Of a DNA stretch of 64,000 nucleotides, positions 61,290-64,000 are shown one piece after another. The notes under the pieces were generated by a model. That model was not told where the DNA came from. It worked only from the letters and a program-made list of their open reading frames with translations, and ran no database searches. The DNA comes from an uncultured delta proteobacterium (lineage in GTDB: Bacteria > Myxococcota_A > Polyangia > Fen-1088). Both the position numbers and the translations under genes were made by a program. Where the stretch lies: positions 64,001-128,000 of the forward strand of contig CAVYGB010000002.1 of NCBI GenBank assembly GCA_963767925.1, written 5' to 3'. The number at the start of each line of letters is the position of its first letter. The first letter of the stretch is position 1.

Positions 61290-61472
61290 ATGGACCCCCA
61301 CGACCGACAGGACCCGGCGCCCCGCCGACTGCCCTACGAGAAGCCGACCGTGCATCAGGTCGAGCTCAAGCCGGAAGAGGCGGTGCTGGGTTCGTGCAAG
61401 ACCGCCAGCACCGCTGGCCCGATCTCGGGCGACTGCACCGTGCCCGAGGCCTGCTCGTCGGCCGGCTCCTGA
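61290..61472 (+). CDS. Putative RiPP precursor peptide, 60 aa
   Basis: GGAGG RBS at 61276-61280; MDPHDRQDPAPRRLPYEKPTVHQVELKPEEAVLGSCKTASTAGPISGDCTVPEACSSAGS. Confidence 0.85.
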   Translation: MDPHDRQDPAPRRLPYEKPTVHQVELKPEEAVLGSCKTASTAGPISGDCTVPEACSSAGS

Positions 61473-61479
61473 GGGGGGC

Positions 61480-62022
61480 TCAGGCGGCCCGGCGGCGCGT
61501 CCGCGCTGCGGCAGCCTGGCCACGCCCGCGCCGCGGCCGCGGGGTCTCCCGCTGAGCCAGCTCGCCCAGGAGATCTCCGGCCCTCGCTTGGTCGCCGTAA
61601 CGAGCCACGTCGGCCAGGCTGATCACACCGGCCAGCCGCCCCTGCCCATCGACGCAGGGGATGCGCAGCTTCTGATGGCCCCGCATCAGCGCCTCCGCCA
61701 CCTCGACCTCTGCGCTCACCGCGCAGGTGATCGGGTCGGCGCTCATCACCACGTGCACCGGCGTGAGGAACGACCGCTGCTCGGCCAGCACGCGCATCGC
61801 CAGGTCGCGGTCGGTGAGCACTCCCACCAGCCGGCCATCTTCGGCGCAGACCGGGAGGAAGCCCAGGTTCTGCTCGCGCATCTTGGCGGCGGCAATCGCC
61901 ACCGACTCGTCGGGGCCGATCGTCCCGACGTCGGTGCTCATCAGATCGGCGCATGAAAAACCGCAGCCCTCGGAGCCCGCGGCCGGGGCGGCGGCCAATC
62001 GGAGACCTTCTGAGTTTTCCAT
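61480..62022 (-). CDS. CBS domain protein
   Basis: DLMS, GFLPVC, VGVLTDRDL, LAGVISLADV. Confidence 0.9.
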   Translation of the reverse strand: MENSEGLRLAAAPAAGSEGCGFSCADLMSTDVGTIGPDESVAIAAAKMREQNLGFLPVCAEDGRLVGVLTDRDLAMRVLAEQRSFLTPVHVVMSADPITCAVSAEVEVAEALMRGHQKLRIPCVDGQGRLAGVISLADVARYGDQARAGDLLGELAQRETPRPRRGRGQAAAARTRRRAA

Positions 62023-62252
62023 GATCCCCCTTTGGGGCCGATCCACCGGAGCGGGTAGAGGGAAGGTACCCGAATGTGGCGGTGGCCCTTACAGCGCCGA
62101 GCCGGAGGGGCCGCGCCCTGGCGCCATCACGGAGATAACTTCGCGGTCACGAAGCGACTGGGGAAGCGCCCCTCACCCATGGCGTCGACGCCGGTCCCGG
62201 TCACCACGCCGGTGGCGGCTCAGCGGAGCCAGGGCCCGCGGTTGGGCGGCGG

Positions 62253-63041
62253 TCAGCGGAAGAGACGGCCGCCGGGGGTGAGGTCGAGGTGGAAGTGGTT
62301 GTAGTGGTCGGCGTTGTAGTCGGGGGTGAGGATGATGTTGAAGATTCGGGCCCCGTGCAGCGCGGTCACCGTGTCGCGCAGGAAGCGGCCGCCGGCCGTG
62401 ACGGGGGAGGACTGGTGCTTCTCCCAGTCGGAGACGACGGTGTACACGCGGCCGTCGCCGAGGCGCAAAGCGCCCAGGTCGAAGGCCCGACCCCGGCCGT
62501 GCTCGCTGAGCGTGCTGGTCCCGGCGACCACCCGGCAGCCGTAGATCCCGAGGTACGCGACGTCGGTGACGCCGCGGGCGGCGAGCATGCGGGCCATCTT
62601 GCCGAGGCTGGCGGCCAGCACGCAGGCGCCATAGATCCCCACCGGCCGCCCGTCGATGCGCGCGGGCCGCAAGGTCACGCCCGAGAGCACCGGCTGGATC
62701 AGCACCGGATCGTCGACGGTGCAGGTCACGTCGGGGCGACCCGCGGGGTGGTCGTTCATGGGCGGGGCGGTGGTGAAGGCGATCCCGAGGGCGATCAGAT
62801 CCTCCTGGCAGTCGCTCATCCCTACCGCGGTGGGGCCAGCGTCCGGTCCGGCCGCGGGCCGGGGGCGGGGATAGGGCACGGGGATCGGCAGCTCCTCGCC
62901 CGCGACGCCCCCGTCGAAGTGCACCCGCGGGTTGAGCACGATCCCCCCGTCCGTGAGGGTGACGTCCACCAGGTCGCAACCGGCGACCCCCAGCCCGGCC
63001 GCCAGCAAGCCCGCCGCGGAGAGGCCGCGTGCGCTCCACAT
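62253..63041 (-). CDS. Extensin-like C-terminal domain lipoprotein
   Basis: VAGC lipobox, YGCR, LSEHGRGRAFD, TPDYNADHYNHFHLD. Confidence 0.88.
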   Translation of the reverse strand: MWSARGLSAAGLLAAGLGVAGCDLVDVTLTDGGIVLNPRVHFDGGVAGEELPIPVPYPRPRPAAGPDAGPTAVGMSDCQEDLIALGIAFTTAPPMNDHPAGRPDVTCTVDDPVLIQPVLSGVTLRPARIDGRPVGIYGACVLAASLGKMARMLAARGVTDVAYLGIYGCRVVAGTSTLSEHGRGRAFDLGALRLGDGRVYTVVSDWEKHQSSPVTAGGRFLRDTVTALHGARIFNIILTPDYNADHYNHFHLDLTPGGRLFR

Positions 63042-63102
63042 GCTCCGGGGTGTCACCAAGGGAACCTGGGTCGCCCGGCGCCCTCCGGCAACGCCCTGCC
63101 GG

Positions 63103-63182
63103 CTCCGAAGATGATCGCGGCATCTCGGCAATCGTTCGCCCCCTCCGAAGATGACCGGGGCCCTCCGCCGATCGTTCGCCCT
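63103..63182 (+). repeat. Two imperfect 40-bp tandem units
   Basis: CTCCGAAGATGA-N16-ATCGTTCGCCC starting at 63103 and 63143. Confidence 0.7.
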
Positions 63183-63340
63183 CGCCCTCGCCCCGCTGCC
63201 GCGGGGCGAGGGCGGGGTGATGGGTCTCCGGTTGCTCACGGCGCCAGGTCTGTCCGCGTCGCGGGGCCGAAAACTTTCCGCCCGGGTGTCGAATCGGGGG
63301 TGGCTGGTTCGTCGTGCTGACAGGACCAGGAGAAACTGCC

Positions 63341-64000
63341 ATGACCACGGACGCCAGCACGGACACCGACCGACCTACCGACACGGAGACGCGGGCCCCC
63401 CGGGCGGGGAGGCGCGCCTGGATCGGGCTGGCGGTGATCGCCCTGCCCTGCCTGCTCTATTCCATGGACCTCACGGTGCTGAACCTGGCGCTGCCGCGCC
63501 TGAGCCGCGGAGCTACGGCCCAGCAGCTCGCAGCTCCTCTGGATCGTCGACATCTACGGCTTCCTGGTGGCCGGGCTGCTGGTCACGATGGGCACGCTGG
63601 GCGACCGCATCGGGCGCCGCCGGCTGCTGCTGATGGGGGCGGCGGCCTTCGGGCTGGCCTCGATCCTGGCGGCGTATGCCACCAGCGCCGCGATGTTGAT
63701 CGCGGCGCGCGCGGTGCTGGGCGTCGCCGGCGCCACCCTGGCGCCCTCGACGCTGTCGCTGATCCGCAACATGTTCCTCGACCCGCGCGAGCGCACGGTC
63801 GCCATCGGGGTGTGGGCCACCAGCTTCTCGGTCGGGGGCGCGCTCGGGCCGGTGCTCGGCGGGGTGCTCCTGCAGCACTTCTCCTGGGGCTCCGTGTTCC
63901 TGCTGGCGGTGCCGGTCATGGTGCTGCTGCTGGTGCTGGGCCCGCTGCTCCTGCCGGAGTACCGCGACCCGGCCGCCGGTCGGCTCGACCTCACGAGCGC
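63341..64000 (+). CDS. MFS drug:H+ antiporter (DHA2 type), one frameshift near 63506, runs off the window
   Basis: AGGAG RBS; SMDLTVLNLALP, QLLWIVDIYGF, GTLGDRIGRRRLL, PSTLSLIRNMF. Confidence 0.9.
   Translation, partial: MTTDASTDTDRPTDTETRAPRAGRRAWIGLAVIALPCLLYSMDLTVLNLALPRLSRGATAQQLAAPLDRRHLRLPGGRAAGHDGHAGRPHRAPPAAADGGGGLRAGLDPGGVCHQRRDVDRGARGAGRRRRHPGALDAVADPQHVPRPARAHGRHRGVGHQLLGRGRARAGARRGAPAALLLGLRVPAGGAGHGAAAGAGPAAPAGVPRPGRRSARPHER

Noticed and set aside
57838..61472. Lasso peptide or PQQ biosynthesis cluster
   Set aside because: No asparagine-synthetase-like cyclase or transglutaminase-like B2 protease; no pqqB/pqqC and no ExxxY PqqA motif.
56886..63182. CRISPR array from the short repeats at 56888, 58855 or 63103
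   Set aside because: Only two units each, no series of unique spacers, no cas genes.

Overview
Very GC-rich bacterial DNA. The gene repertoire (many lipoproteins, DUF1501 pair, ECF sigma factors, VIT/vWA protein, extensin-like proteins) suggests a myxobacterium or related Myxococcota; this is inference. About 55 genes are present; I recognised no rRNA, tRNA, CRISPR array or transposase. Several genes carry single-base frameshifts, most likely long-read errors. All family calls come from motif reading, not database searches. Best candidate for a new system: a divergent RiPP-like cluster at 57838-61472 encoding a PqqD/RRE protein, an S24/S26 peptidase, a radical SAM/SPASM enzyme, an HprK-like P-loop kinase and a 60-aa precursor with a YEKP leader motif, three Cys and a C-terminal Ser. 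Other notable items: a LexA-type box at the start of a radical SAM + DUF4130-UdgX operon; a stand-alone Cys-free rpsD paralog behind a Fur/Zur-like palindrome; an ECF sigma/anti-sigma pair with a degenerate polysaccharide-lyase-like domain; a chimeric nucleotidyltransferase/uvrA junction; and two families of dispersed REP/MITE-like repeats.
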